From a virus (taxonomy: Duplodnaviria; Caudoviricetes), in IMG/VR virus record IMGVR_UViG_3300003316_000301, positions 32,001 to 96,000 of that record: 64,000 nt of DNA; one strand, given 5' to 3'. How positions within the stretch are numbered: the stretch's first letter is position 1; every line of letters begins with the position of its first letter. The position numbers and the translations under genes are program-made. This document shows positions 18,097-27,330 of the stretch, piece after piece. Below the pieces are notes generated by a model. The model was not told the DNA's origin. It did no database searches and saw nothing but the letters and a program-made list of their open reading frames with translations.

Positions 18097-19133
18097 GAGG
18101 TCGCATCTCCCCTCAGGTAGGCCTTGTGCGCCGCGACGACGCCCGTGATGTTGCCGTCGAGCAGCTCCAGCAGCGGGGTCCGGTCGTCCAGGAAGGGGTT
18201 CATGCCGATCATCCAGGCGCGGAACATGTGGTCCCCCATGGACTCCTGGATCTGCTTGGCCGTCCACAAGGCACCGGCGGGGTCGGTAGCCGTGTTCATG
18301 AGGGCGCTGCCCAGCACGTAGCCGAACATCTGGACCATGTCATCCGGCACGGCACCCGGTGAGGAGCCGGGGAAGAGGTTCGCCACGGCCGCGCTGTCGT
18401 ACAAGCCGAACTCCGGAGCCGCCTTGGCCCTCCACTCGGTCCGGACCTCGCGCGGAGGCCTGCCGTGCTTCTCCTGGTGCTCCTTGGGGACGTCCACGAA
18501 GTACAGCGCCTTGTGGATGAGCGCTCCCCGGCGGGCAGTGTCGGGATACTCCTTTTTAAAATTGATCCCCTTCTCCTGGAAGAGCTTCTCCTGGAGCTGG
18601 GCGGCGTCCAGTCCGTGCAGGGACTTGTGCGGGAAGTTGGCCTGAGCGGCCATGGAGACCGCGTTGCGGATCGCGTCCTCCTGGCGCCACCGGAAGTAAT
18701 TGATCACCTCGGTGCGGTCCGGGATCGTGTAGACCCGGCCGTCGAACTGGGCCGAGCGCTCAGGCCCGTGGAAGCCGGGGTGGTGCCGGTTGAAGGCCAT
18801 GGTGGCGATCGAGGCCGCCACCGAGGAGATCTTCTGGACCTGGCCGTCGAACCAGGGCTCGGTCTTGGGCTCCAGGTCGGTCAGCAGCACCGAGACCTCG
18901 TCGGACTGCTGGAAGGCGAACCGGGCGCCGGAGATCTGCATGCACAGCTCCTTGGCGACCTCCTGCATGGCGTCCATGACACCCGCGTCGAAGGGCTTCT
19001 CGGCGCCCCTCAGGTAAGTGTGGAAGGCCCTGCCGTCCACCCGGACGATCGTGTACGTACGGCGCGGCAGCGTGAGCCTGGTGACCAGCTCGTACGCCTT
19101 CATCCGGTCGCCGTACGGGTCTTTCCTGGGCAT
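18093..19133 (-). CDS. tRNA(His) guanylyltransferase Thg1-like protein with C-terminal MbcA/ParS-like extension
   Basis: RMKAYE, IVRVDGRAFHTY, QSDEVS, WFDGQVQKISS, FDGR, YFRWRQEDAIRNAVS motifs. Confidence 0.92.
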   Translation of the reverse strand: MPRKDPYGDRMKAYELVTRLTLPRRTYTIVRVDGRAFHTYLRGAEKPFDAGVMDAMQEVAKELCMQISGARFAFQQSDEVSVLLTDLEPKTEPWFDGQVQKISSVAASIATMAFNRHHPGFHGPERSAQFDGRVYTIPDRTEVINYFRWRQEDAIRNAVSMAAQANFPHKSLHGLDAAQLQEKLFQEKGINFKKEYPDTARRGALIHKALYFVDVPKEHQEKHGRPPREVRTEWRAKAAPEFGLYDSAAVANLFPGSSPGAVPDDMVQMFGYVLGSALMNTATDPAGALWTAKQIQESMGDHMFRAWMIGMNPFLDDRTPLLELLDGNITGVVAAHKAYLRGDATS

Positions 19134-19341
19134 GGGTGCCCCTCTCTGGCGGGAACGTCTCGACTGTACTACAGGGCCCTGACAGTGTCAGGGGCTTACC
19201 TCGATCGTCTCTCGATCAGCTTGCGGAGCCTTTCTCGCTCATGACATGAGCACTGACACCAGGAATGGCCGCAAGAGTTGTGCTTGTCGTCCCAGCACTG
19301 AGGGGACATGGGAACTGATTCGCGTTCCCTCTCTTCAGCGC

Positions 19342-20055
19342 TCATGGGCTTACTCGGCCGTTCTCACAGAACGCCCCGTAGGTGATGGGCATGTGCCGCG
19401 CCCACTCGATCTCCATCTTCTCGGCGATCATCTCGATCTCGCGCTGCGGGAAGGACGGGAACGTGGCCCCCTCGCTGATCGTCCGCAGGCCGAGGAAGTG
19501 CATGAGCGAGCGGGCGTTGCACGTGGCGTACATGTGCGAGAACAGGCCTACCGGCAGAACGGCACGGGCGATCTCCCGGGCCGTGCCGATGTCCAGCAGG
19601 CGCACGTATTTGCCGTAGGCGAACCGGTAGGCCTCGTCCATCTCCTTGACGACCTCAGCGTGCATCTCCAGCGACCCCGGCTTGAAGACGTAGTGGCCCG
19701 CCTTGCCCTCCTGGATCAGGTTGCGCTCGGAGCTGGGGACGTAGAACAGCGGCCCCAGCTCCATGTACCGGCCGCTGGCCTCGTTGTAGCTCCAGCCGAC
19801 CCTGTGGCGGTGGAACTCCCGGAAGGCGAAGATCGGCCCGCTGATGCGGAAGGTCATCGAGGTGTGCTCGAAGGGCGACCCGTGCCGGTTCTTCATCAGG
19901 TAGCGGATCAGGCCCTTCCGGCGGGCCTCGGGAACCTCGATCGCCGCCTGCTCGCCAAGGGTGGAGACCCTGGCCGCCCAGATCACGTCGTCGTCCGAGG
20001 CGCTGGACTTCACCAGCTCCACCCGCACGTCCTCGGCAAGAACGATCTCGCTCAT
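19342..20055 (-). CDS. thyX: Flavin-dependent thymidylate synthase
   Basis: AARVS, HGSPFEH, RHRVGWSYNEASGRY, AREIARAVLP, NARSLMHFLGLR. Confidence 0.95.
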   Translation of the reverse strand: MSEIVLAEDVRVELVKSSASDDDVIWAARVSTLGEQAAIEVPEARRKGLIRYLMKNRHGSPFEHTSMTFRISGPIFAFREFHRHRVGWSYNEASGRYMELGPLFYVPSSERNLIQEGKAGHYVFKPGSLEMHAEVVKEMDEAYRFAYGKYVRLLDIGTAREIARAVLPVGLFSHMYATCNARSLMHFLGLRTISEGATFPSFPQREIEMIAEKMEIEWARHMPITYGAFCENGRVSP

Positions 20056-21017
20056 GCGTCCTTCTTCCTGTCGTGCAGCGGGCACCCCTTGGTCTCCCAG
20101 CCGCTCACCATGTCCACCGTGTCACCCGGCCGGTCGAGGTACCGCGACTCGCCCTGATGCGTGAAGGGTCGGCACTTGCAGCCCGGCACGCCGAACTGGG
20201 GCTCGTTCTCCTGGCGCAGCTCGGCGAAGAGCTTCTCCCGGATCTCGGGCTTCAGCGGGGCGCACTTCGCCGCGATGGCGCTGTCGGCCAGACCAGCTTC
20301 CTCGCGGCGCTCCTTCAGCCACTCCCGGCGCCGGTCCTTGCGGAACGGGCCGCTCCCCCAGCACTCGCCGTGCGGGTCGTGGTCGCCGATACCTCCGCAG
20401 TGCCTCTCACGCGGGCCTCCGTGGCAGGCGCAGGTGCAGCCCTCCTCGGGCTGGCCGGGGCCGTCCTCGCAGTCCTCGTGCCGGGAGACGTAGCAGCGGT
20501 ACGAGGGCGCCGAACCGAACACGAAGAGCGTGTCCTCGTGGCTGAGATCCGGCTCCTCGTCGGGGAGCAGCGCGGGGTCCTCGGCCCAGGGCGCGTCGGC
20601 GTACTTCTCCATCACGCGCTCGCGGAAGGTCTTGCCGGACTCCCCCTCGCGCGGGCATCCGTTGCGGCTGTCCGGGCTCGGGCACGTACGCCCCTTGTAG
20701 ACGGAGTCCGTGCAGACGCACAGATGGCGCCCAGGGCCCCTCCGGGAGATGCGGTAACGCTTGTCCAGCTCCCGGACCACCGAGGACACCAGGGCGTCCC
20801 AGAAGGCCGCGAAGGGGCACGTGATGCCGTTGCCGCAGGTCTTGCAGCGGCCCTTGGCGTTCACCGGGTGACCGACATTGTCCGCCCACGAGCGGTAGTT
20901 GCCGGGGTAGTCGTCCGGCCATTCGCGGACGATCATCTCGTGCGCCTTGGGCAGCGAGTCGATGATGGCGCAGAGCCGGTCCGAGTCGGTGTTCAGCTCT
21001 GGTCGGGAAGATTCCAC
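20052..21017 (-). CDS. Hypothetical Cys/His-rich multidomain protein
   Basis: Several C/H clusters; start uncertain. Confidence 0.55.
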   Translation of the reverse strand: MESSRPELNTDSDRLCAIIDSLPKAHEMIVREWPDDYPGNYRSWADNVGHPVNAKGRCKTCGNGITCPFAAFWDALVSSVVRELDKRYRISRRGPGRHLCVCTDSVYKGRTCPSPDSRNGCPREGESGKTFRERVMEKYADAPWAEDPALLPDEEPDLSHEDTLFVFGSAPSYRCYVSRHEDCEDGPGQPEEGCTCACHGGPRERHCGGIGDHDPHGECWGSGPFRKDRRREWLKERREEAGLADSAIAAKCAPLKPEIREKLFAELRQENEPQFGVPGCKCRPFTHQGESRYLDRPGDTVDMVSGWETKGCPLHDRKKDA

Positions 21018-21325
21018 AGCGGCCTCTCGATGTGGCTCAGGTGCGCACCGCGCGAGCAGGGCCCGCAGTCGCACCGGCAGATGATCAGGTCGTGGCGGGC
21101 AGTGCATTGGCCCTTGAGGATCAGATGCTCCGGCCGCAGGATCTTGCGGACATAGCCAACGGCCACGGCGTGGCCCCGGTCGTTCACCCCGAGAGCGGCG
21201 AAGGTCAGGCGGACGTGCGTGCCGATGGTGGCCTTGCGCAGGTGCATGGCGCTGGCCAGCTCCTTGTGGCCCAGGCCGTTGGCCAGGCCTATCAGTACGT
21301 TCGTCCGCTGGCGGGAGAGCTGCAT
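20993..21325 (-). CDS. LuxR-type HTH transcriptional regulator
   Basis: LSRQRTNVLIGLANGLGHKELASAMHLRKATIGTHV...LGVNDRGHAVAVG; AAGGAG RBS. Confidence 0.8.
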   Translation of the reverse strand: MQLSRQRTNVLIGLANGLGHKELASAMHLRKATIGTHVRLTFAALGVNDRGHAVAVGYVRKILRPEHLILKGQCTARHDLIICRCDCGPCSRGAHLSHIERPLWNLPDQS

Positions 21326-21393
21326 ACGGGCTCCTTCAGACGAGGACCGGCCCGCGCCCAGGGAGCAGGCGGGGCCGGTCACGGGCGGGCTGG

Positions 21394-21873
21394 TCAGTGC
21401 TTGCACTTGGACAGGGAGCGGAAGTACTCCATGTCGGTGACCTTCGTGCCCTCGATCTCGTTCTCCCACTTGGAGTAGGTCTTCCAGGAGACCTCGTACC
21501 ACTGGTCGTTGTGGTCCTGGTCCCCCTGGACGCGGTCCAACTCCACGCACCACATGGCGCTCTTGCCGGGCTTGCCCGGGGCGTCGGTGACGGTGACGTA
21601 GGAGGTGACGTAGCGGCCGGTCTTCTTCGTGCCCCACGTCTTGCAGGAGCCGTTCTTGTTCTTGGTCTTGCAGTACGACACGGTCTCGGGCGTCTTCTGG
21701 GAGACCTGATGCGTCTTGGCCGGGACGGCCTTCACGGCCTTGACGTACTTCACGTCGTCCAGGAGGCCGGAGGTCTTCGACGGCTCCCCGCTACAGCCGG
21801 TGAGCACCAGCAGTCCGGCGGTGCCGAGGGCGAGGGCGGAGTACGAGAGGGTGAAGCGAGTGCGGTTCTGCAT
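21394..21873 (-). CDS. Lipoprotein
   Basis: Signal peptide with lipobox VLTGC. Confidence 0.7.
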   Translation of the reverse strand: MQNRTRFTLSYSALALGTAGLLVLTGCSGEPSKTSGLLDDVKYVKAVKAVPAKTHQVSQKTPETVSYCKTKNKNGSCKTWGTKKTGRYVTSYVTVTDAPGKPGKSAMWCVELDRVQGDQDHNDQWYEVSWKTYSKWENEIEGTKVTDMEYFRSLSKCKH

Positions 21874-21918
21874 GGGCAGCTCCTGGTGTCTTCTGGCGGG
21901 ATTACGTTGTGCGGGGTA

Positions 21919-21947
21919 AGTCTCTCCAAGAATCCCTGGAGTGTCAA
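21919..21947 (-). promoter_or_regulatory. Repeated promoter copy (TTGACA-17-GAGACT)
   Basis: Palindromic spacer CTCCAGGGATTCTTGGAG. Confidence 0.65.
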
Positions 21948-22546
21948 GCCGGGTTGATGAGGTCCGCCGGGAAGCGGAAGCCCTCCTTGGCCGGGTCGAG
22001 GAGCTTGATGACGGAGTGCGCACCGTCGTGCCAGCAGCCGGGCTCCCCCGACTCGGCCTCCACGCGTTCGTGCTGCTCGTCCAGCACCCCGTTCAGGGCC
22101 ACCTCGCAGATGAACCGCTGGTAGTTCAGGTAGACGTCCTCGCACAGGCCGTCTTTGAGGATCTTGTGAACCTCGCTGGGCGTCGCCGAGAAGCGGCTGA
22201 TGTACGTCCAGTCGTGCGGTTCGAAGTACCGGAGCTTCTTCAGGAGCCGGGTCATCTCCCACTCGGCCGCCAGGGCCTCTGAGCCCGGGTCAGGACTGTC
22301 CTGCACGAGGTCGGCGTGGGTCTTGTTCAGCCGGTCAGCCGCCGTGGCCACCTCGTCCAGGGCATTCAGGAGCGGCTCGAACACGGAGATGGCGGCCCGA
22401 GCGGCCATAGCCGGGGTCAGGACGTTCTCGAACTTGTTCTCGCCGGAGGCGAACCAGGTCTCCACGAACTTCTGCGTGAGCAGCTCGTAGAGCTTCGCCT
22501 CACGCTGCTCTTTCGGGGTCTGCTCGTCCTTCTTCTCTTCGTTCAC
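21944..22546 (-). CDS. Hypothetical protein
   Basis: AGGAGG RBS before GTG. Confidence 0.6.
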   Translation of the reverse strand: MNEEKKDEQTPKEQREAKLYELLTQKFVETWFASGENKFENVLTPAMAARAAISVFEPLLNALDEVATAADRLNKTHADLVQDSPDPGSEALAAEWEMTRLLKKLRYFEPHDWTYISRFSATPSEVHKILKDGLCEDVYLNYQRFICEVALNGVLDEQHERVEAESGEPGCWHDGAHSVIKLLDPAKEGFRFPADLINPA

Positions 22547-22667
22547 CAGTCGGCCCTCCTCTTGGGCTGGTTCTTCCACAACGGGCAGGACGGAGGCGGC
22601 ACGGTCTTCCACCAGATGGCGTGCCGCCGTCCGCAGAAGCAGGACCAGATGGTCATGGTCCAGCCCT

Positions 22668-23420
22668 TCATCCCCTCACCTCAGGACGGCCCGGAACAGC
22701 CTGGAAGTCCCCGATCCCCGGAAGGCCCTGGAGCAGCTCCCTGGCGGTGTTCAGGGCCGTCATGTGACCGAGCTTCATCCCGTCCACCAGGAGGTTGCAC
22801 AGGCGCTCCTGGGCCGCCCTGGCGGCCTTCTCGACCTCACGGGAGTCCAGGTACCGCGAACCCTGCGCGAAGTGCGCCGGGTGCTCCTTCTCCTTGTCGC
22901 AGTCGCGGCAGAACTGGAGCCGCCTGCCCGCCTCCTCCATGTGCCGGTCGTACGCGAACACGAAGTGGTGCCGGGCACCGTTGAGGCGCATGGAGGCAAT
23001 CAGGGCCTCCAGGTCCTTCACCCGCTGCTCCAGCCCCTCCTTGTACTCGGTGAGGTTGGTGACTGCCTCGTTCAGCTCGAAGATCAGGCCGCTCTCGTAG
23101 GCGTCCTGCCGGGCCTTCTCCTGGGCAACCTCCTGGATCAGGCGCTCGACCTGCCCCTTGAGGTCCTCGATCCGGTTGTTGTAGTCCTCGGCGTCCTCGC
23201 GCAAGGCCTCGTTCTCCTGGGCCAGCATCTCGGCGGACTCCGGCTGGTCCGGGGCACCGGAGACGATCGTGGCGTAGGCGTGGCGGGGATGGTCGTCCGA
23301 CCAGCGGTTCCCCTTGAGGGAGACGTGGCCGCCCTTGTGCCCCTTGGCCTTGAAGCAGGAGGTGTAGCCCTCTTCCTCCAGGTCCGTGAGGTACCGGGCG
23401 GTGCAGCGCGGCTTAGGCAT
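22668..23420 (-). CDS. Coiled-coil protein with N-terminal C..C..GHxGxH mini-domain
   Basis: Start MPKPRC overlaps upstream gene. Confidence 0.65.
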   Translation of the reverse strand: MPKPRCTARYLTDLEEEGYTSCFKAKGHKGGHVSLKGNRWSDDHPRHAYATIVSGAPDQPESAEMLAQENEALREDAEDYNNRIEDLKGQVERLIQEVAQEKARQDAYESGLIFELNEAVTNLTEYKEGLEQRVKDLEALIASMRLNGARHHFVFAYDRHMEEAGRRLQFCRDCDKEKEHPAHFAQGSRYLDSREVEKAARAAQERLCNLLVDGMKLGHMTALNTARELLQGLPGIGDFQAVPGRPEVRG

Positions 23421-24189
23421 CGTCGCCCTCCTTCCAGGCGCGGCGGGCGGCGTCGGCCGGGGTCCAGGTGTGCTCGTCCCGGCGGTGGTCGCCCTCGTGC
23501 CCGGCGGGCAGGAAGCACCAGATGGCCGAGTCGGCCTTGTCCGGGTCGGGGATGTTCGAGGGGCACAGCGGCGTGTCCCAGTCCTCCAGCGGCACTCCGC
23601 TCCTCTGGGCGGCCTCCCACTTCGTGTCCTGGGCACAGCTCCCGCCCCAGGTGAGCTGGCAGCCCTGCTGGGCCACGCAGGTGTCCTCGTCGCCCACGAA
23701 GTCGTGGATGTGCGAGGGGACGGCTCGGACGAGGTCCGTGGAGTAGACCTCCACGATCTCGCCGTCGTGCCAGCCGATCGAGGGGTCGCCCTCGTGGTGC
23801 ACGCCCTTGTGGCCCATCGGCAGGATGCACCAGTACCAGCCGTCCTCGGCGTCCTCGTGCGGCAGGGACGCCCCACAGCGCCTGGCGCCCTTCGCCACAG
23901 GCCGGGGAGCCTCCACGAGGTCCTCGGGTCGCACAGGGGCCGTCAGGGCCGCGTACAGCTCGGGGTCCGCGTGGACCTCGGCCGTGGCCTTCCAGGCGGC
24001 CAGCTCGGTCACCATGCGCTCGATGGACTCGTGGAGAGTGTTGCCCAGCTCCAGCGAGTTCTTGACGCTCGTGACCAGGTCGGTGAGCACCTCGGGGCGC
24101 TCGTTCTCGGGGAGCCATCCCAGCCAGGGCATGAGTTCGGTCATGCGCTCCAGCGGAGTCATGTCGTTCGGCGGGATCTCGTCGGGCAT
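23413..24189 (-). CDS. Antitoxin-like N-terminal domain fused to two CxLPxGHxGxH repeats
   Basis: PWLGWLP...AWKATAEVHADPEL resembles the C-terminal part of actinobacterial Phd-family antitoxins. Confidence 0.55.
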   Translation of the reverse strand: MPDEIPPNDMTPLERMTELMPWLGWLPENERPEVLTDLVTSVKNSLELGNTLHESIERMVTELAAWKATAEVHADPELYAALTAPVRPEDLVEAPRPVAKGARRCGASLPHEDAEDGWYWCILPMGHKGVHHEGDPSIGWHDGEIVEVYSTDLVRAVPSHIHDFVGDEDTCVAQQGCQLTWGGSCAQDTKWEAAQRSGVPLEDWDTPLCPSNIPDPDKADSAIWCFLPAGHEGDHRRDEHTWTPADAARRAWKEGDDA

Positions 24190-24197
24190 GCGCCCTC

Positions 24198-24398
24198 CTA
24201 GCAGTCGGGGTCGGACACTACGGTCGGGTCCTCACAGACGCGCACTCGGGGCGGAACGACCACGCTCGGGTGGTCCGCCGGGCCGGGCTCCCACAGCACG
24301 AACACCAGGGCCCAGACCGCGATGATCGCGGCGGCCAGCAGGTTGGCTACCAGGTGGGGCTGCTCCCTGCGGACACGCAGGGAGGGCTCGTACGTCAT
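24198..24398 (-). CDS. Small membrane protein
   Basis: One TM helix; follows promoter repeat. Confidence 0.55.
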   Translation of the reverse strand: MTYEPSLRVRREQPHLVANLLAAAIIAVWALVFVLWEPGPADHPSVVVPPRVRVCEDPTVVSDPDC

Positions 24399-24422
24399 CA
24401 GCTACAGCTCCTGACAAAGTGA

Positions 24423-24452
24423 AGACTACTACAAGGATTGTTGGGGAGACAA
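24423..24452 (-). promoter_or_regulatory. Repeated promoter copy (TTGTCT-18-TAGTCT)
   Basis: Spacer CCCCAACAATCCTTGTAG. Confidence 0.65.
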
Positions 24453-24466
24453 GCCCCAGAGACGAC

Positions 24467-24495
24467 AGAGAGCCCCGGATCTCTCCGGGGCTCTC
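24467..24495 (-). terminator. Hairpin downstream of tRNA
   Basis: GAGAGCCCCGGA...TCCGGGGCTCTC. Confidence 0.65.
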
Positions 24496-24502
24496 CTGGA
24501 AG

Positions 24503-24576
24503 TAGCGCGGACGGGAATTGAACCCGTGACCTCTGGATTATGAGCCCAGCGAGCTACCGAACTGCTCTACCGCGCG
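24503..24576 (-). tRNA. tRNA-fMet (CAT), initiator-type; CCA not encoded
   Basis: Full cloverleaf CGCGCGG-TA-GAGC-AGTTCGGTA-GCTC-G-CTGGG-CTCATAA-TCCAG-AGGTC-ACGGG-TTCAATT-CCCGT-CCGCGCT-A; C1:U72 mismatch. Confidence 0.93.
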
Positions 24577-24586
24577 GCCTCCCATA

Positions 24587-25366
24587 CTAGTGCTTCAGCG
24601 CGAACTCGTGGTGACGCCCGTACTCGGGTCGGCAGACCTGGCAGTACGCCCCGTTGGGCCCGGAGGTGCGGTGCTCGCGCCGGTCGTGCCCGCACAGGCA
24701 GCGGTCCCAGTCGGCGCAGATCGCCCCGTCGAACACATGGTCCTTGGCGATGACAGGGCCTGTCCCGGAACAGTCGCGGCAGTACGTCTGTCCGCCCTCC
24801 TCGGGCAGCGCCTCCACATGGCTGTCCTCGTGGTGGCCGCACACCCGGCAGGCCCGGAAGCAGGCCATGTCGTTGTGGCCCACGCGCATGCGGCCGTCGG
24901 GCCAGGTCTTCCCGCACTCGCACTCGACCGTGGGGTCTTCGTCCTTGACCGGCTCCGAGGGCTTACGTGCCTCCTGCTCCTGGCGCTTCAGCTCCTGGCG
25001 CTTGGCCTCCCGCGCCTTCTCCCGGGCCTGGGCGACCAGGGCAGAAGGGTCGTACGAGCGGCCGAGGAGGTTCATCAGCTCCAGAGGCTCGGAGTACACG
25101 CACTTCTGGTTGTCGTTCCGGAGCTGAACCTGCACCCGCTCGATGCGCGTGCACAGGGTGGCAATCACGCGCTCCAGCTCGTCCACGAGGCAGTCCCGGG
25201 AGAGCAGAGCTTCGTCCACCGCATCGAAGCGGCCCCTCAGCTCCTTCATCTCCTTCTCGTGCTCCAGCGCCATCTTGCTCAGCGACTCGGCGTGACGGTC
25301 GCGGAGGGTGTTGAGGGAGCGGATGATCCTCGCGAGCGGGACCGGCTCTTCTTCGTCTCGGGGCAT
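24587..25366 (-). CDS. Coiled-coil protein with C-terminal Cys/His repeats
   Basis: CxxCGH...H...CxxC repeats; AGGAGG RBS. Confidence 0.65.
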   Translation of the reverse strand: MPRDEEEPVPLARIIRSLNTLRDRHAESLSKMALEHEKEMKELRGRFDAVDEALLSRDCLVDELERVIATLCTRIERVQVQLRNDNQKCVYSEPLELMNLLGRSYDPSALVAQAREKAREAKRQELKRQEQEARKPSEPVKDEDPTVECECGKTWPDGRMRVGHNDMACFRACRVCGHHEDSHVEALPEEGGQTYCRDCSGTGPVIAKDHVFDGAICADWDRCLCGHDRREHRTSGPNGAYCQVCRPEYGRHHEFALKH

Positions 25367-25395
25367 GAGGCCTCCTCGTCTCTGGCGGAAGCCCC

Positions 25396-25424
25396 AGTCT
25401 CTCCAACAATCCCTGGAGAGTCAA
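25396..25424 (-). promoter_or_regulatory. Repeated promoter copy (TTGACT-17-GAGACT)
   Basis: Spacer CTCCAGGGATTGTTGGA. Confidence 0.65.
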
Positions 25425-25501
25425 GCTCACTCGTTTTTAAAAACGCGAAAGCCCCTCGAACACGGGGGACGGGCCGAGGGGCTTTCAGTACGACAGTACG
25501 C

Positions 25502-25690
25502 CTACAGGGCACGTGCCGTGCGGATGAGGTCGACGAGGATCCAGAAGAACAGGCCGAAGGCCACGAGGTTGCCCCATCCGGCGAACCGTGGGGCGGCCCC
25601 GTCCGGCGTGCGCCATCCCCACCCGAGGAAGGCGGCCAGCAGGAACAGGACGGCTCCCAGGACGTACAGGATCAGGTAGATGGTCAGCAT
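25502..25690 (-). CDS. Small two-TM membrane protein
   Basis: Two hydrophobic helices. Confidence 0.65.
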   Translation of the reverse strand: MLTIYLILYVLGAVLFLLAAFLGWGWRTPDGAAPRFAGWGNLVAFGLFFWILVDLIRTARAL

Positions 25691-25718
25691 GATGACCGCT
25701 TACCCGGCCCTTACATCA

Positions 25719-25940
25719 CTACACCGTGGAGGACTTGTTCACCGCCCGGATGCCCCGGGCCTCCAGGATCCCCTGCACCTCGACCTCGCTCAGCCCCAGG
25801 TTCTGGGCGAACACGGCGAAGTTCTGCACCGGCGCCAGGCGCCAGGCCTTGGCGATCTCGTCACCGATCTGGGCCTCGATCGCGGCCTTCTGCATGCGCA
25901 GGCGGGCGATGGCGTCCATCCGGTCCGTGTAGGGGTTCAT
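25719..25940 (-). CDS. Small hypothetical protein (possible HTH)
   Basis: ATGA overlap; FAQNLGLSEVEVQGIL. Confidence 0.55.
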   Translation of the reverse strand: MNPYTDRMDAIARLRMQKAAIEAQIGDEIAKAWRLAPVQNFAVFAQNLGLSEVEVQGILEARGIRAVNKSSTV

Positions 25941-26224
25941 GAGACCTTGTGTCCCTTCCGGTCGTAGTGGTCCTGGTCGTGCAGGGACACCCTCAGGATG
26001 TCCTGGGTCACCACCGACAGGGCAGCGTCCCGGCCCTTGCGCCACCACTTCAGCGGGGCGGACCAGACCTTCGGCTCCGGCATCTCGTTGATCTCCACGT
26101 GCATCGCACGGGCCACATCCGTGTCGTGCATGTTGAGCATGTGCTCGGCCTCCTCCTCGGTGAGGGCGAAGGCCAGGCGCAGGCCCATGAGGATCTTCTC
26201 CCGGCGGGTGGGCTCACTGCTCAC
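25937..26224 (-). CDS. Hypothetical protein
   Basis: Tightly packed ORF. Confidence 0.6.
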   Translation of the reverse strand: MSSEPTRREKILMGLRLAFALTEEEAEHMLNMHDTDVARAMHVEINEMPEPKVWSAPLKWWRKGRDAALSVVTQDILRVSLHDQDHYDRKGHKVS

Positions 26225-26576
26225 GCGGAACGACCTTCCGGGGCTTGCGCAGAACGCGGCTCCAGCTCTCCTGGCGCATCATCGCCTTGAAGACCCCGTC
26301 GATCGCCTTGTCGTAGCCGAACAGCCACGCGATACGGCGCTTGTACGTCCACCAGTGGTCCAGCTCCGGCGGAACATGCCCCTGGCCGGGCTTCAGCTCC
26401 TCCCACATGCGCTCCAGGACGGCCGCCTTGAAGTCGCTCACCTTGGCGTGCGCCTCGCTGACCGGGTAGCCGTTGGTGACCAGCGCCTCCTTGATCTCGC
26501 GGGTCAGCTCCCCCATGCGCTTCTGGGCCGGGGTCTCGTCCGGATCCTGGTGGGTGATCATCCCGGGTTCACTCAT
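26214..26576 (-). CDS. Hypothetical protein
   Basis: GAGGAG RBS. Confidence 0.6.
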   Translation of the reverse strand: MSEPGMITHQDPDETPAQKRMGELTREIKEALVTNGYPVSEAHAKVSDFKAAVLERMWEELKPGQGHVPPELDHWWTYKRRIAWLFGYDKAIDGVFKAMMRQESWSRVLRKPRKVVPREQ

Positions 26577-27330
26577 CGCGGTTCTCCTCGGTCGGGCTGG
26601 CGGGAAGGGTGATGCTGAACGACGGGGACGCGCTCTGCGTCTGCGTCGGCGTGGGGGTAGGGCTGCTCGGTGTCGGCGTGGGGCTCGGCGGGGGCGTGGA
26701 GGGCTTCGTGGGCGTCGGCGAGGGCTCGGGAGCCTCGCTGGTCTCCACGGGCGTCTCAGAGGCGCTGGAGGCCTCGGGAGTGGGCGTGATCACGACCACA
26801 CTCGCCTCAGGGGTGGGGCTGTACGTGGTGGGGTCGGCCACCACCTTCACCGGCGGCTTGCTCGGTGCCCTGTGCGTGGGCACCCCCGTGGTCGGCAGGA
26901 CCGTGGGCTCGTCGGTGGTCACGACGGAGACGTGAGGCTTGGCCTCATCCTCATCGGGAACCGGCCCGGCGCCCCAGCCCAGGAAGACCATCCCGTACGC
27001 CATGGTGCCCATGCCCACGGCTCCCACGGTGACGGCCACGAGGAACTTGTCCCCGGCCTTCATACGGCGCCTGGGGCGCGGGGGCAGCGGGGGCAGCGGC
27101 GGAGGGTTGAGCTGGTCGTACAGGGGCGTGTTGTCGGCGACCGGCGCGTCCATGGTCATGATCGGGTCGTTGATCAGATGGAGCGGCGGCAGCTCCACCT
27201 TGACCGGCGACACGAGCTGGATCTCCGGGAAGGGCTCACGGGCCACCGGGATCTCCTGGGTGATCACGCTCTCCTGATCGGGGATCGTCCCCTCGGGGAG
27301 CGGGACCTCCACAGTCTTGTCCTCAGGCAC
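26569..27330 (-). CDS. Membrane protein with P/T/S-rich stalk
   Basis: Single TM followed by PTPT repeats. Confidence 0.65.
   Translation of the reverse strand: MPEDKTVEVPLPEGTIPDQESVITQEIPVAREPFPEIQLVSPVKVELPPLHLINDPIMTMDAPVADNTPLYDQLNPPPLPPLPPRPRRRMKAGDKFLVAVTVGAVGMGTMAYGMVFLGWGAGPVPDEDEAKPHVSVVTTDEPTVLPTTGVPTHRAPSKPPVKVVADPTTYSPTPEASVVVITPTPEASSASETPVETSEAPEPSPTPTKPSTPPPSPTPTPSSPTPTPTQTQSASPSFSITLPASPTEENRDE

Noticed and set aside
18553-18561. TTTTAAAA as a -1 ribosomal frameshift site
   Set aside because: In-frame codons (TTT AAA AAx) do not fit X XXY YYZ, and six of nine copies are intergenic.
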